DNA of 11,842 bases from the NCBI GenBank assembly GCA_050293845.1, contig JBNKNM010000177.1, forward strand, positions 1-11,842. The letters run 5' to 3'. The stretch is from Pseudobacteriovorax sp. GTDB taxonomy: Bacteria; Bdellovibrionota_B; Oligoflexia; Oligoflexales; Oligoflexaceae. A program made the position numbers and the translations under genes. Numbering within the stretch: the stretch's first letter is position 1; every line of letters begins with the position of its first letter. Positions 1 to 7,147 of this stretch are shown here, piece by piece. The notes below the pieces were generated by a model that worked only from the letters and a program-made list of their open reading frames with translations, was not told the origin of the DNA and made no database searches.

Positions 1-146
1 TAATGGTACACATTTTTGGAAAGCTAGCAGCGTCGATTATGCTAATGATGGGAATTTGAACTGGTTATTCGAATTATTATTTATAAAACTTTTTAACAGG
101 ATATAAGTAAAAATGGCGTGTTTTTGGTTTGCTAAACGATGAAGAA

Positions 147-174
147 TTAAACATGACACGGTGCCATATATAAT
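147..174 (+). promoter_or_regulatory. Candidate sigma70-type promoter for the ligase operon (TTAAAC-16 nt-TATAAT)
   Basis: Perfect TATAAT at 169-174 and a weak -35 (TTAAAC) at 147-152, 57 nt upstream of the TTG start. The region is AT-rich, so a chance match is possible. Confidence 0.3.
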
Positions 175-218
175 TTAAGTTGCAGAGTTGGTCTGATCTG
201 TGTCCCTAGGGAGTTTCT

Positions 219-224
219 GAGGAG
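219..224 (+). promoter_or_regulatory. Shine-Dalgarno site for the 232 ORF
   Basis: GAGGAG at 219-224, 7 nt before TTG at 232. Confidence 0.75.
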
Positions 225-231
225 CCGAACA

Positions 232-1683
232 TTGAAAAACCTGATCGTCGTTAGTTATAAGAACCAAATAGAGTCCTTCACAGGTTTTGATCACACTGCT
301 GAAATATTAACAGCCAAAGAATACCTGAACCGTGAATATCCCAAACGTGAACGCATACGAGTATTTAATCTCTGCAACGACTACGACTATTGCAAAAAAG
401 GATACTACGTATCGTTACTAGCTGAAGCAAGAGGGCACCGCCCCTTTCCAGATATTTCCTCTATCTCAGATTTTCAAAGTAAGGAATCCCAAAAGGCTTT
501 ATCTTCGAGCATTTCGGAAACCCTGACCAAATCCCTCAAGGACTTAAAGTCAGATCAATTCGAACTCAGTGTATATTTCGGTAAGAACCTGGCTCAAAAA
601 TATCAAGCTCTAGCCAAACAAATCTTTAACTTTTACCAATCACCATTGATCCGGGTCTATTGTTCCCGTAAAGACCAGCATTGGACGATCAAGTCAGTGC
701 GTCCCATCTCTTACAAAGAGGTTCCTAAAAATCATCGTGAGTTTCTCCAAGAAGCCCTTGTCGAGTTTTTTGGCAGCTCTCGCATTGCTCCTAAGAGTAA
801 GGTTAAAAATTGGCGCTATGACATTGCCATTCTCTGCAACCCCGATGAGGCTCTTCCCCCCTCAAACGAAGGAGCAATAAGAGGCTTCATGCAAGCAGCA
901 AAGGACTTGCGGCTTCGTGCCGAAATTATCGGCCCAAAAGACATTGCATTACTAAGTCGTTTCGATGGACTTTTTATCCGCGAAACCACAAACGTATTTG
1001 ACCATACCTTTAAGTTCGCCAAAAAAGCTGAACTAGAGGGCCTAGTGGTCATCGACGACCCCCAATCGATATTGAGATGTTGCAATAAAGTTTTTTTACA
1101 TGACCTTCTTATGAAGAAACGTCTATCGGTACCTAAGACTTGGATCTTACATAAGGATACTGATCTAGATAAGTTTCAGGACTATCCCCTTATTATAAAA
1201 AAACCCGATAGTGCTTTCTCAGCAGGAGTGAAAAAAGTCAACTCCTTAGACGAATTGATCATTCAATCACAGGAATATTTCAAGCAGTCTGACCTCTTAA
1301 TCCTCCAAGAGTTTATGAAAACGGATTTCGACTGGCGCATTGGTGTCCTAAATAACGAAGCTATGTATGCCTGCCGCTATTATATGGCACCGAATCACTG
1401 GCAGATCATCAAACGCGAAGGAGAGAATACATCTGAGGGAGAGGCCGATTCAATTCCAATTGAAGAAGCTCCACCAGCTGCCGTACAATTAGCACTAGCA
1501 GCCTGCAAAGAAATCGGCACCAGCCTTTATGGAGTAGATATCAAGGAAAAAGATGGACAATTTTATATTATTGAGGTTAATGACAACCCTTCCATTGAAA
1601 AGGGCTACGAAGATCTTGTTCTTGGACAAAGCCTCTATCAAAAAATCATGACGACTTTTCTCACTCGATTGGAATCACGATGA
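232..1683 (+). CDS. RimK-family ATP-grasp peptide/amide ligase with N-terminal RLAN domain (483 aa)
   Basis: N-terminal RLAN-type motif RVFNLCNDYDYCKKGYYVSLLAEARGH. ATP-grasp motifs LFIRETT, VIDDPQSILRCCNK, PLIIKKPDSAFSAGVKKV, QEFMKTDFDWRIGV, YGVDIKE and IEVNDNPS. TTG start with SD. Longer than canonical ribosomal-S6 RimK and RLAN-fused, so no symbol is given. Confidence 0.9.
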   Translation: MKNLIVVSYKNQIESFTGFDHTAEILTAKEYLNREYPKRERIRVFNLCNDYDYCKKGYYVSLLAEARGHRPFPDISSISDFQSKESQKALSSSISETLTKSLKDLKSDQFELSVYFGKNLAQKYQALAKQIFNFYQSPLIRVYCSRKDQHWTIKSVRPISYKEVPKNHREFLQEALVEFFGSSRIAPKSKVKNWRYDIAILCNPDEALPPSNEGAIRGFMQAAKDLRLRAEIIGPKDIALLSRFDGLFIRETTNVFDHTFKFAKKAELEGLVVIDDPQSILRCCNKVFLHDLLMKKRLSVPKTWILHKDTDLDKFQDYPLIIKKPDSAFSAGVKKVNSLDELIIQSQEYFKQSDLLILQEFMKTDFDWRIGVLNNEAMYACRYYMAPNHWQIIKREGENTSEGEADSIPIEEAPPAAVQLALAACKEIGTSLYGVDIKEKDGQFYIIEVNDNPSIEKGYEDLVLGQSLYQKIMTTFLTRLESR

Positions 1684-2909
1684 ACCGCTGGCCGTTTAAA
1701 CTGTTCGAAAAGTATGGTATTGAACTGGAATATATGGTGGTCGATAAAATTTCACTTCAAGTGAAGCCTATAGTAGATCAGCTATTTCTTAAGTTATCGG
1801 GGCAAGTTGAGGAAGAAGTAAAAGGCCAAGAAATCAACCTTTCCAATGAACTCGTAAGCCATGTTGTTGAGTTGAAAAATGCTCGCCCCGAAGAAAATAT
1901 ATTAGCTCAGCAGCTACCTTTTCAATCTAAAATTCTGGAAGTGCAAGATGCACTGGAAGAGTTTGATTGTATTCTCTTACCCACCGCCATGCATCCTTGG
2001 ATGGACCCGGAAAAAGAAACACAATTATGGCCCTATGGAAATAGGGATATCTATAACGCCTACGATAAAATCTTTAGTTGTCAAGGGCATGGATGGGCTA
2101 ACCTTCAGAGCATGCATATTAATATTTCTTTTGGCAGCGACGAAGAGTTTGCACTGCTCAATAGCGCTATCCGAGCTATTTTGCCACTGATTCCTATTTT
2201 GTCCTCAAGCTCTCCCCTAGTTGAGGGTAAACTCACCCAGTTTCATAGCAGTCGACTAACATATTATTTAGAGAATCAGGCCCGTGTGCCATCGATCATT
2301 GGTGATGTCATTCCGCCTACAGTCTCCAGCGAGAAAGATTTTACCGCAAAAGTTCTTCAACCCATGTACAGTGACATCGCTCCATTTGATCCAGAAAAGC
2401 TGTTACAAGAAGAATGGCTCAACTCAAGAGGCGCGATTCCTAAGTTCAAGTATGGCTGTATGGAAATTCGTTTGGCAGATTTGCAAGAAACGCCTTCTAT
2501 GGACTTACAACTTGCCGCATTTTGGACTACCCTACTGCAGACCTTTGCAAAAAAGTCCTGGGGCGATATCGAAGCAATGGACCGTATTTCCAGTGCAAAC
2601 TGCAAACTTGTTTTCCTTGAAACCATCAAGAATGGCGAAAATGCAGTGATCCGCGACTTAGATTACCTGCATGCTTTTGGGGTGAATCAAGCCTGTACAG
2701 GACGGGACTTAATTCATCACATCTATGAAACAATATCTAAGTTCACTCCCAGTCTGGATACTCCAGCTATTCTTTGGATCTTACAGCATGGCAGCCTCTC
2801 CAGCCGCATCATTGAATCCCTAGGAGGCAATACAAGTCGCGAGGCTGTATCATGGGTATATAGAGAACTAAGTCAATGTCTTGTGCGGGGGGACGCCTTT
2901 GCCCCTTAA
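1680..2909 (+). CDS. Glutamate--cysteine ligase family 2 (GCS2/YbdK-like) carboxylate-amine ligase (409 aa)
   Basis: Motifs GIELEYMVVD (ExE metal ligands), NELVSHVVELK, TAMHPW, NLQSMHINI and WLNSRGAIPKF...MEIRLAD. ATGA 4-nt overlap with the upstream stop (1680-1683). Confidence 0.88.
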   Translation: MNRWPFKLFEKYGIELEYMVVDKISLQVKPIVDQLFLKLSGQVEEEVKGQEINLSNELVSHVVELKNARPEENILAQQLPFQSKILEVQDALEEFDCILLPTAMHPWMDPEKETQLWPYGNRDIYNAYDKIFSCQGHGWANLQSMHINISFGSDEEFALLNSAIRAILPLIPILSSSSPLVEGKLTQFHSSRLTYYLENQARVPSIIGDVIPPTVSSEKDFTAKVLQPMYSDIAPFDPEKLLQEEWLNSRGAIPKFKYGCMEIRLADLQETPSMDLQLAAFWTTLLQTFAKKSWGDIEAMDRISSANCKLVFLETIKNGENAVIRDLDYLHAFGVNQACTGRDLIHHIYETISKFTPSLDTPAILWILQHGSLSSRIIESLGGNTSREAVSWVYRELSQCLVRGDAFAP

Positions 2910-3588
2910 GATACTGGTGACATGCGAGCATGGAGACATGTTCGTGCCCAAAGCTCTAACGGAATATCTTTCCACTGAAGACCCTCGGTTGAGAGGTCAT
3001 GAGGGGTTTGACTTTGGAGCTGCGGAGGTCAGTCGATCCATTAGCGAAGCCTTAAATGCTAAGCTCTTAATATTCCATATCACAAGGTTACTCATCGATA
3101 GCAACCGTAGCTGGGAATCCCAGAAAAAGAAGGTTGCAAACTATTCCGAAGAAGCTCTGGATACTGTAAAATCCGCTTACTTCAACTACAGAAATACCGG
3201 CTTTGATCTCGTAGAAAGTTATACTGCGTTAGAAGCTCATTGCTTAGTTCTTTCCATACATTCATTTACTCCAATTTATAAAGGCAAGGCACGTAGAACA
3301 GACATAGGATTGTTGTTTAGAACTGGTATTAAGAAAGAGTTTAAGTTAGCTAACTGCCTCAAAACATCGTTGGCTGATAGCGGGTATACAATTCATTTAA
3401 ATCAACCCTACCAGGGATATACTGACTGCTACGTGAATGATATATCCGACAAATACCTAAACCACCCAATGGTGGGCTTGTGTATTGAATTAAATCACCG
3501 CATACTGAAAAATCCAAACTCTCGCAGGAAAGTTAGTGACTGCCTTGTCGCTGCCATTACAGAGTTCGCCCAGTCTCAAAGACTGTAA
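2899..3588 (+). CDS. N-formylglutamate amidohydrolase-family Zn-dependent hydrolase (about 229 aa)
   Basis: Motifs LVTCEHG, HEGFDFGA, TRLLIDSNR, LSIHSFTP, DIGLLF, NQPYQG and IELN. Start moved from the ORF-track 2881 to TTG 2899, which has GGGGGGA at 2887-2893 and overlaps the GCS2 stop by 11 nt. Confidence 0.87.
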   Translation: MPLKILVTCEHGDMFVPKALTEYLSTEDPRLRGHEGFDFGAAEVSRSISEALNAKLLIFHITRLLIDSNRSWESQKKKVANYSEEALDTVKSAYFNYRNTGFDLVESYTALEAHCLVLSIHSFTPIYKGKARRTDIGLLFRTGIKKEFKLANCLKTSLADSGYTIHLNQPYQGYTDCYVNDISDKYLNHPMVGLCIELNHRILKNPNSRRKVSDCLVAAITEFAQSQRL

Positions 3589-3742
3589 ATTAATTTGAAT
3601 ATAGAATTCAATGGGTCCGTCAGAGAAAAATTTTAACAAATAAATGAAGATTAAGCTTTTATTCTAGTATGTTAGCTATAATCTAGTCTAACTCCCTATA
3701 GTTTTGGGAGAAATACTTAAATCCAATGATAAAATATTCCTC

Positions 3743-3769
3743 TAATAAATAGGGCCTCGGACCCGATAG
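3743..3769 (+). promoter_or_regulatory. Possible sigma28/FliA-like promoter upstream of the DUF4382 lipoprotein
   Basis: TAAT-N15-CCCGATAG versus the consensus TAAA-N15-GCCGATAA: correct spacing, 3 mismatches. Confidence 0.2.
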
Positions 3770-3830
3770 GACTAGTCTGGGTGATATCGGTTATAAACCT
3801 TTATTTACCTTTATAAAAGGATGATGAGCA

Positions 3831-4754
3831 TTGAGAGTAATGAACATATTCGTGATAGTCTTCCTAATGGCTTTACTATGGATTAGTGGAGCTTGTGGCA
3901 TATATATAGGAAATCCTGAAGATGATAATACGACAACAGCACAGCCCACATCGAATGATCCCAATAGTCCTGAAGGCGATCCAGGCACTACCCCCAACAC
4001 GAGTGATCCTAATACAGGCGATCCCAATACGGGTGACCCCAACCAAGGTAACTATGAAGATGAGATTATCGTTATTTCCTTAGCAGATGCGCCCGTTGAC
4101 GATCTCAGTGAAATCAATGTCCTAGTTGATGGTATTAATGTAAAACCAAGCGAAGGGGACTGGATATCCCTTGATCTCACCACAAATGAAGCCATCAATC
4201 TTCTCAATTATCAGGATGGTAATAAATTTGCCCTGGGTATTTCCAGTACACTTCCTTATGGTGACTATACACAGATTCGTATAATCTTAAATGCAGATAC
4301 TCCTGTCACTGCTAAGGATACCAATGGTGAGGAGGCAAACATTCGCATCCCAAGTGCGACAGCTTCAGGCATCAAGGTTCAATATCCGTTCTCAGTCACC
4401 GATGATGCGCAGACTAGCGTTACCCTGGATTTCGATCTTCGTTCTTCTATTAAGAAAACCGGAAAATCTTATATGGTACAGCCTGTCATACGTGCCTCTA
4501 ACGACAAATCGAGTGCTTCCATAAAAGGTGAATCGCAAGGCAAAATAGTATGTTTATATTCAAGTGATAATACTGCTGATAGCGATGATGATAGTTGCGA
4601 AAGCTCTTCAGGATCTGCAAAGGTTAAGAACGGAACCTTCCAAATTCATTTCATCGAGGCTGGAAGCTATTATATCCGTACATTCATGGAAGATGACACC
4701 AGCCAAGTTTCAGAACCGTTCACTGTTCAGGAAGGTGAAAAGAAAGTTCTTTGA
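3831..4754 (+). CDS. DUF4382 domain-containing lipoprotein (307 aa; alternative start ATG 3840)
   Basis: Hydrophobic signal ending ISGA-C (lipobox), then a P/T/D/N-rich linker. DUF4382-type motifs ISLADAPVDDLSEINV, INLLNYQDG, LPYGDYTQIRIIL, IPSATASGIKV and VTLDFDLRSSI...YMVQPVIR. C-terminal carboxypeptidase-regulatory-like beta domain (GTFQIHFIEAGSYYI). AAGGA at 3817-3821. Confidence 0.85.
   Translation: MRVMNIFVIVFLMALLWISGACGIYIGNPEDDNTTTAQPTSNDPNSPEGDPGTTPNTSDPNTGDPNTGDPNQGNYEDEIIVISLADAPVDDLSEINVLVDGINVKPSEGDWISLDLTTNEAINLLNYQDGNKFALGISSTLPYGDYTQIRIILNADTPVTAKDTNGEEANIRIPSATASGIKVQYPFSVTDDAQTSVTLDFDLRSSIKKTGKSYMVQPVIRASNDKSSASIKGESQGKIVCLYSSDNTADSDDDSCESSSGSAKVKNGTFQIHFIEAGSYYIRTFMEDDTSQVSEPFTVQEGEKKVL
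4005..4049 (+). repeat. 3 x 15-bp in-frame tandem repeat encoding DPNTG-DPNTG-DPNQG
   Basis: gatcctaatacaggc / gatcccaatacgggt / gaccccaaccaaggt. Differences are mostly at third codon positions. Further degenerate DP units lie upstream from 3957. Confidence 0.85.
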
Positions 4755-4888
4755 AACTGAAATGATATTAAGAGATTTAATACCGGGTTATGGTTATATC
4801 TTACAGGACGTCATACTAACTTGGTGGATGACCGTAAAACAGTAAGAAGGAAGGAGTGACCCATAACTCCAAGCCCCCATTACGATAC

Positions 4889-4907
4889 AGCCTGCTACAC
4901 GCAGGCT
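4889..4907. other. GC-rich hairpin (7-bp stem, 5-nt loop) downstream of the DUF4382 gene
   Basis: AGCCTGC-TACAC-GCAGGCT is a perfect stem. It lacks a good U-tract on either strand, so a terminator role is uncertain. Confidence 0.4.
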
Positions 4908-5011
4908 TGCCTAAGGAAAAGGAAATACTAGGAATAGCTTAATTTTTATATATTTTTCCATTGGTTTTTGGCTCGATACTGAAGAAATGTTTGCCAACGG
5001 ATGCTAAAAGT

Positions 5012-5064
5012 TATGCCAATTATCTTAGCAAAGCTTATAAATCTTTTCTAAGATAATTGGCATA
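5012..5064 (-). terminator. Long inverted repeat (perfect 17-bp arms); possible terminator or 3' stabilising stem of the - strand operon
   Basis: TATGCCAATTATCTTAG (5012-5028) is the exact reverse complement of CTAAGATAATTGGCATA (5048-5064). The 19-nt spacer pairs further (AAAG/CTTT). It is followed on the - strand by ACUUUU. The repeat itself is certain; the function is inferred. Confidence 0.5.
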
Positions 5065-5305
5065 GAAGACTCCTAGGGATAACTGTTTGAGTAAATTTTT
5101 ACATAAACATCTTTTCTTTCTAAAGGCTTTGGGTCTCCTGATCCTAGCACTGAACATTCCTGTGGCTCCTGTCAGGTTTGGTGTCATAACCTCAGATTTC
5201 CAATAGATTTATGCTTCAACGCGAAAATAAGAAGCAATTCACTGGACTTCTAACACAGTCTTTGGCGATCAGCCACAAAATACAGAATTCATGCAACCTC
5301 CAAGC

Positions 5306-5830
5306 TTACTTGCGACAATTAAACTCAAAATCACACTGTCGTCCCATAATCATTTCGTCACATGGCCACCGCATGGCTGTCCCACTTCTATGGCAACGTA
5401 TGATCTTGGTCGTTGTCGTGGTGCTATAGCCAAAAAATGGATTGGGAAAGAGATCTGCCATCACCTGCTCAGCCTTGCACCGTGCCTCCAAGTGCCTTCC
5501 ATCTCGCAAAAATTTTAGTGTGCCATCACTAAAATCAAAGGTCCCTTTATTACTGCCATCCCCGACATAGCTGCCGTCGAGAAAAACTTTGATCTTCGCA
5601 TTCTTAGAAACTTTATAGCACTTACCAAGCAGGACCCTGGGATCATGAAATGAGTTGGGTTGGAATTCCGCGAGTAGCCCCGTTGCCTTGAAACTGCTTG
5701 ATGTCTTGTCTCCTCCCGACTTACCAGAATCGATTTGCACTGTGACTGATTCTTTGGGAGAGTCAGATGAATTGCCACAGGCGACCATGGATAGGCTTAA
5801 ACACAGTAAAGACATTTTCAATAATTTCAT
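5306..5830 (-). CDS. Hypothetical Cys-rich lipoprotein (about 174 aa)
   Basis: Start revised to ATG 5830 (GAGGT SD at 5836-5840). MKLLKMSLLCLSLSMVA-C lipobox, S/G-rich linker and six further Cys (an even number), four of them clustered in the last 30 aa. Last long ORF of the operon. Confidence 0.8.
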   Translation of the reverse strand: MKLLKMSLLCLSLSMVACGNSSDSPKESVTVQIDSGKSGGDKTSSSFKATGLLAEFQPNSFHDPRVLLGKCYKVSKNAKIKVFLDGSYVGDGSNKGTFDFSDGTLKFLRDGRHLEARCKAEQVMADLFPNPFFGYSTTTTTKIIRCHRSGTAMRWPCDEMIMGRQCDFEFNCRK

Positions 5831-5860
5831 AAGCAACCTCACTATCTGTTTTCCCTTCAG

Positions 5861-6511
5861 TTAAATATCACAGCTCAGACGAACTTTGTAACCGTTGTTT
5901 TTATCCCATGTAGGAGATAAATCAACACAGATTGCCTCTTGCTGAAATTCTGTTACCGGCATGGTACGATCCCCAACATTTACATAGCCAAAGATATCGA
6001 CATAACCGAATACGGTAAAGTAGCAAAACCCAACTTCTGTGAACAGATTTTCTTTCACTAAATTAGAGTCGATACATACTTGCCCTTGTTCTAATGACAA
6101 CTCTCCATGGCACCAATGAGTTCCATCCCTTTCATCACAGGCATTGCGATCTAAGATACTGCACTGTTGACGAATCACCTTGGATTTACCAAATTTTGGC
6201 TCTACCAAAAATAGATCTTGAGCCTCTTGAATCAAGGCGTCACGCCCCGCTACCACAATAGCTCTAGACCCCGCTTTCACGGTCACGACTTCATTAATTT
6301 CAATTTCTGAAACCAGAAATTCTGACTCTAAGACTTCAGCCTGAATTCCAAGTTGGCAGCGATAGCCTAGATCAGAAGAGGTATTATTGGCAATGATTCT
6401 TATATCATGCTGATCAGGAAACATTGGGCTAGTAAAAACCTTAACATCGCTAGCGAAAAGGCTACTAGTGGATAACATCAGTGTGGATAAAGTCATTAAT
6501 CGAGACATCAT
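5861..6511 (-). CDS. Hypothetical secreted protein with 8 Cys (about 216 aa)
   Basis: Start revised from 6589 to ATG 6511 or 6508 (GGAG at 6517-6520), which removes the overlap with the upstream gene. Sec-type signal ...LMLSTSSLFA-SD, beta-rich mature region with 8 Cys. Confidence 0.8.
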   Translation of the reverse strand: MMSRLMTLSTLMLSTSSLFASDVKVFTSPMFPDQHDIRIIANNTSSDLGYRCQLGIQAEVLESEFLVSEIEINEVVTVKAGSRAIVVAGRDALIQEAQDLFLVEPKFGKSKVIRQQCSILDRNACDERDGTHWCHGELSLEQGQVCIDSNLVKENLFTEVGFCYFTVFGYVDIFGYVNVGDRTMPVTEFQQEAICVDLSPTWDKNNGYKVRLSCDI

Positions 6512-6525
6512 ATAAACTCCATTTT

Positions 6526-7137
6526 TTAAGATCCTGATATGTGCCAAGCAAATGAGACAGGCCAATCTATGGTTTGAAATCCATTCCATGCTTGTAGCTT
6601 AAATTCTATGGAACCGAGCAAGGCGAGAGTTACGGTAAAATTTTTCTCAACCTTATCTCCGTGGATTGCATCCACCATCATGGAGACAACAATTTCTCCC
6701 CCTTGGATACCACCTGTGATAGTTGTTCTGGAAACCCAGTTGGCTACAGGTCCCATCAGTGAGATAGTGCCATTTGCGAAGTTAGGGTAGGTAAATACGG
6801 CATGAGGCTCACGCTTAAGTATTTCCTCCATTAAAAATCGATACTCATCCAGTTCTTCAAATCTGCTAGGATTGGGAACCAAGCGAAACGAAATTAACCG
6901 TCTTCCGTCTGATAGCTTCAGTACTCTCTGCTGTTTGCTTCCCCCTTCTTCTTTAACCTGAAAGGATTTAGGGATCAGATAGAATAGCTTAGGATTATTT
7001 TTATCTCTAAAAACCGCTGGGCTTTTCGCGACCAAACTGCCATCAGTAAACTGTACCGGCTGGGTAATATCTACAAGATTCTCGGCAAATAATCCACTAC
7101 TCAAAGTCAAAAAATAAATAAATAACAGTGTTCTCAT
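6526..7137 (-). CDS. Hypothetical secreted protein, short paralogue C of the unnamed tandem family (203 aa)
   Basis: Signal peptide MRTLLFIYFLTLSSGLFA-EN and SD GAGGAG at 7144-7149. Shares RDKNNPKLFYLIP, LISF, EILKREPHAVF and NG motifs with the two upstream ORFs. Confidence 0.85.
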   Translation of the reverse strand: MRTLLFIYFLTLSSGLFAENLVDITQPVQFTDGSLVAKSPAVFRDKNNPKLFYLIPKSFQVKEEGGSKQQRVLKLSDGRRLISFRLVPNPSRFEELDEYRFLMEEILKREPHAVFTYPNFANGTISLMGPVANWVSRTTITGGIQGGEIVVSMMVDAIHGDKVEKNFTVTLALLGSIEFKLQAWNGFQTIDWPVSFAWHISGS

Positions 7138-7147
7138 AATTAACTCC

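Noticed and set aside
1..106. Possible 3' end of an upstream gene (open frames ending at 59 or 106)
   Set aside because: Too short to choose a frame or assign a product.
816..2649. Short ORFs 816-1085(-), 1948-2190(+), 2284-2649(+) and 2357-2629(-)
   Set aside because: They lie entirely within well-supported ligase genes and show no motifs, so they are treated as shadow ORFs.
232..3588. Gene symbols rimK, gshA/ybdK and hutG
   Set aside because: The similarity is family-level only; architecture and context differ from the canonical genes, and there is no hut operon here.
3791..4845. ORFs 3791-4042(-), 4291-4524(+) and 4564-4845(+)
   Set aside because: They overlap the DUF4382 gene. The GSPVL repeat in 3791-4042 is just the antisense of the DPNTG repeat.
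4762..4907. 27-aa ORF with tandem Trp (…TWWMTVKQ*) followed by hairpins, resembling a trp attenuator leader
   Set aside because: No SD, no U-tract terminator and no downstream + strand gene to regulate.
4992..5064. Integron attC, dif or sigma54 interpretation of the inverted-repeat region (TGCCAAC...GTTATGC; TGGCAT motifs)
   Set aside because: The R''/R'-like boxes are only 11 nt apart and do not bracket the palindrome. There is no XerC/D consensus, the GG-N10-GC spacing is off by one, and no integrase is present.
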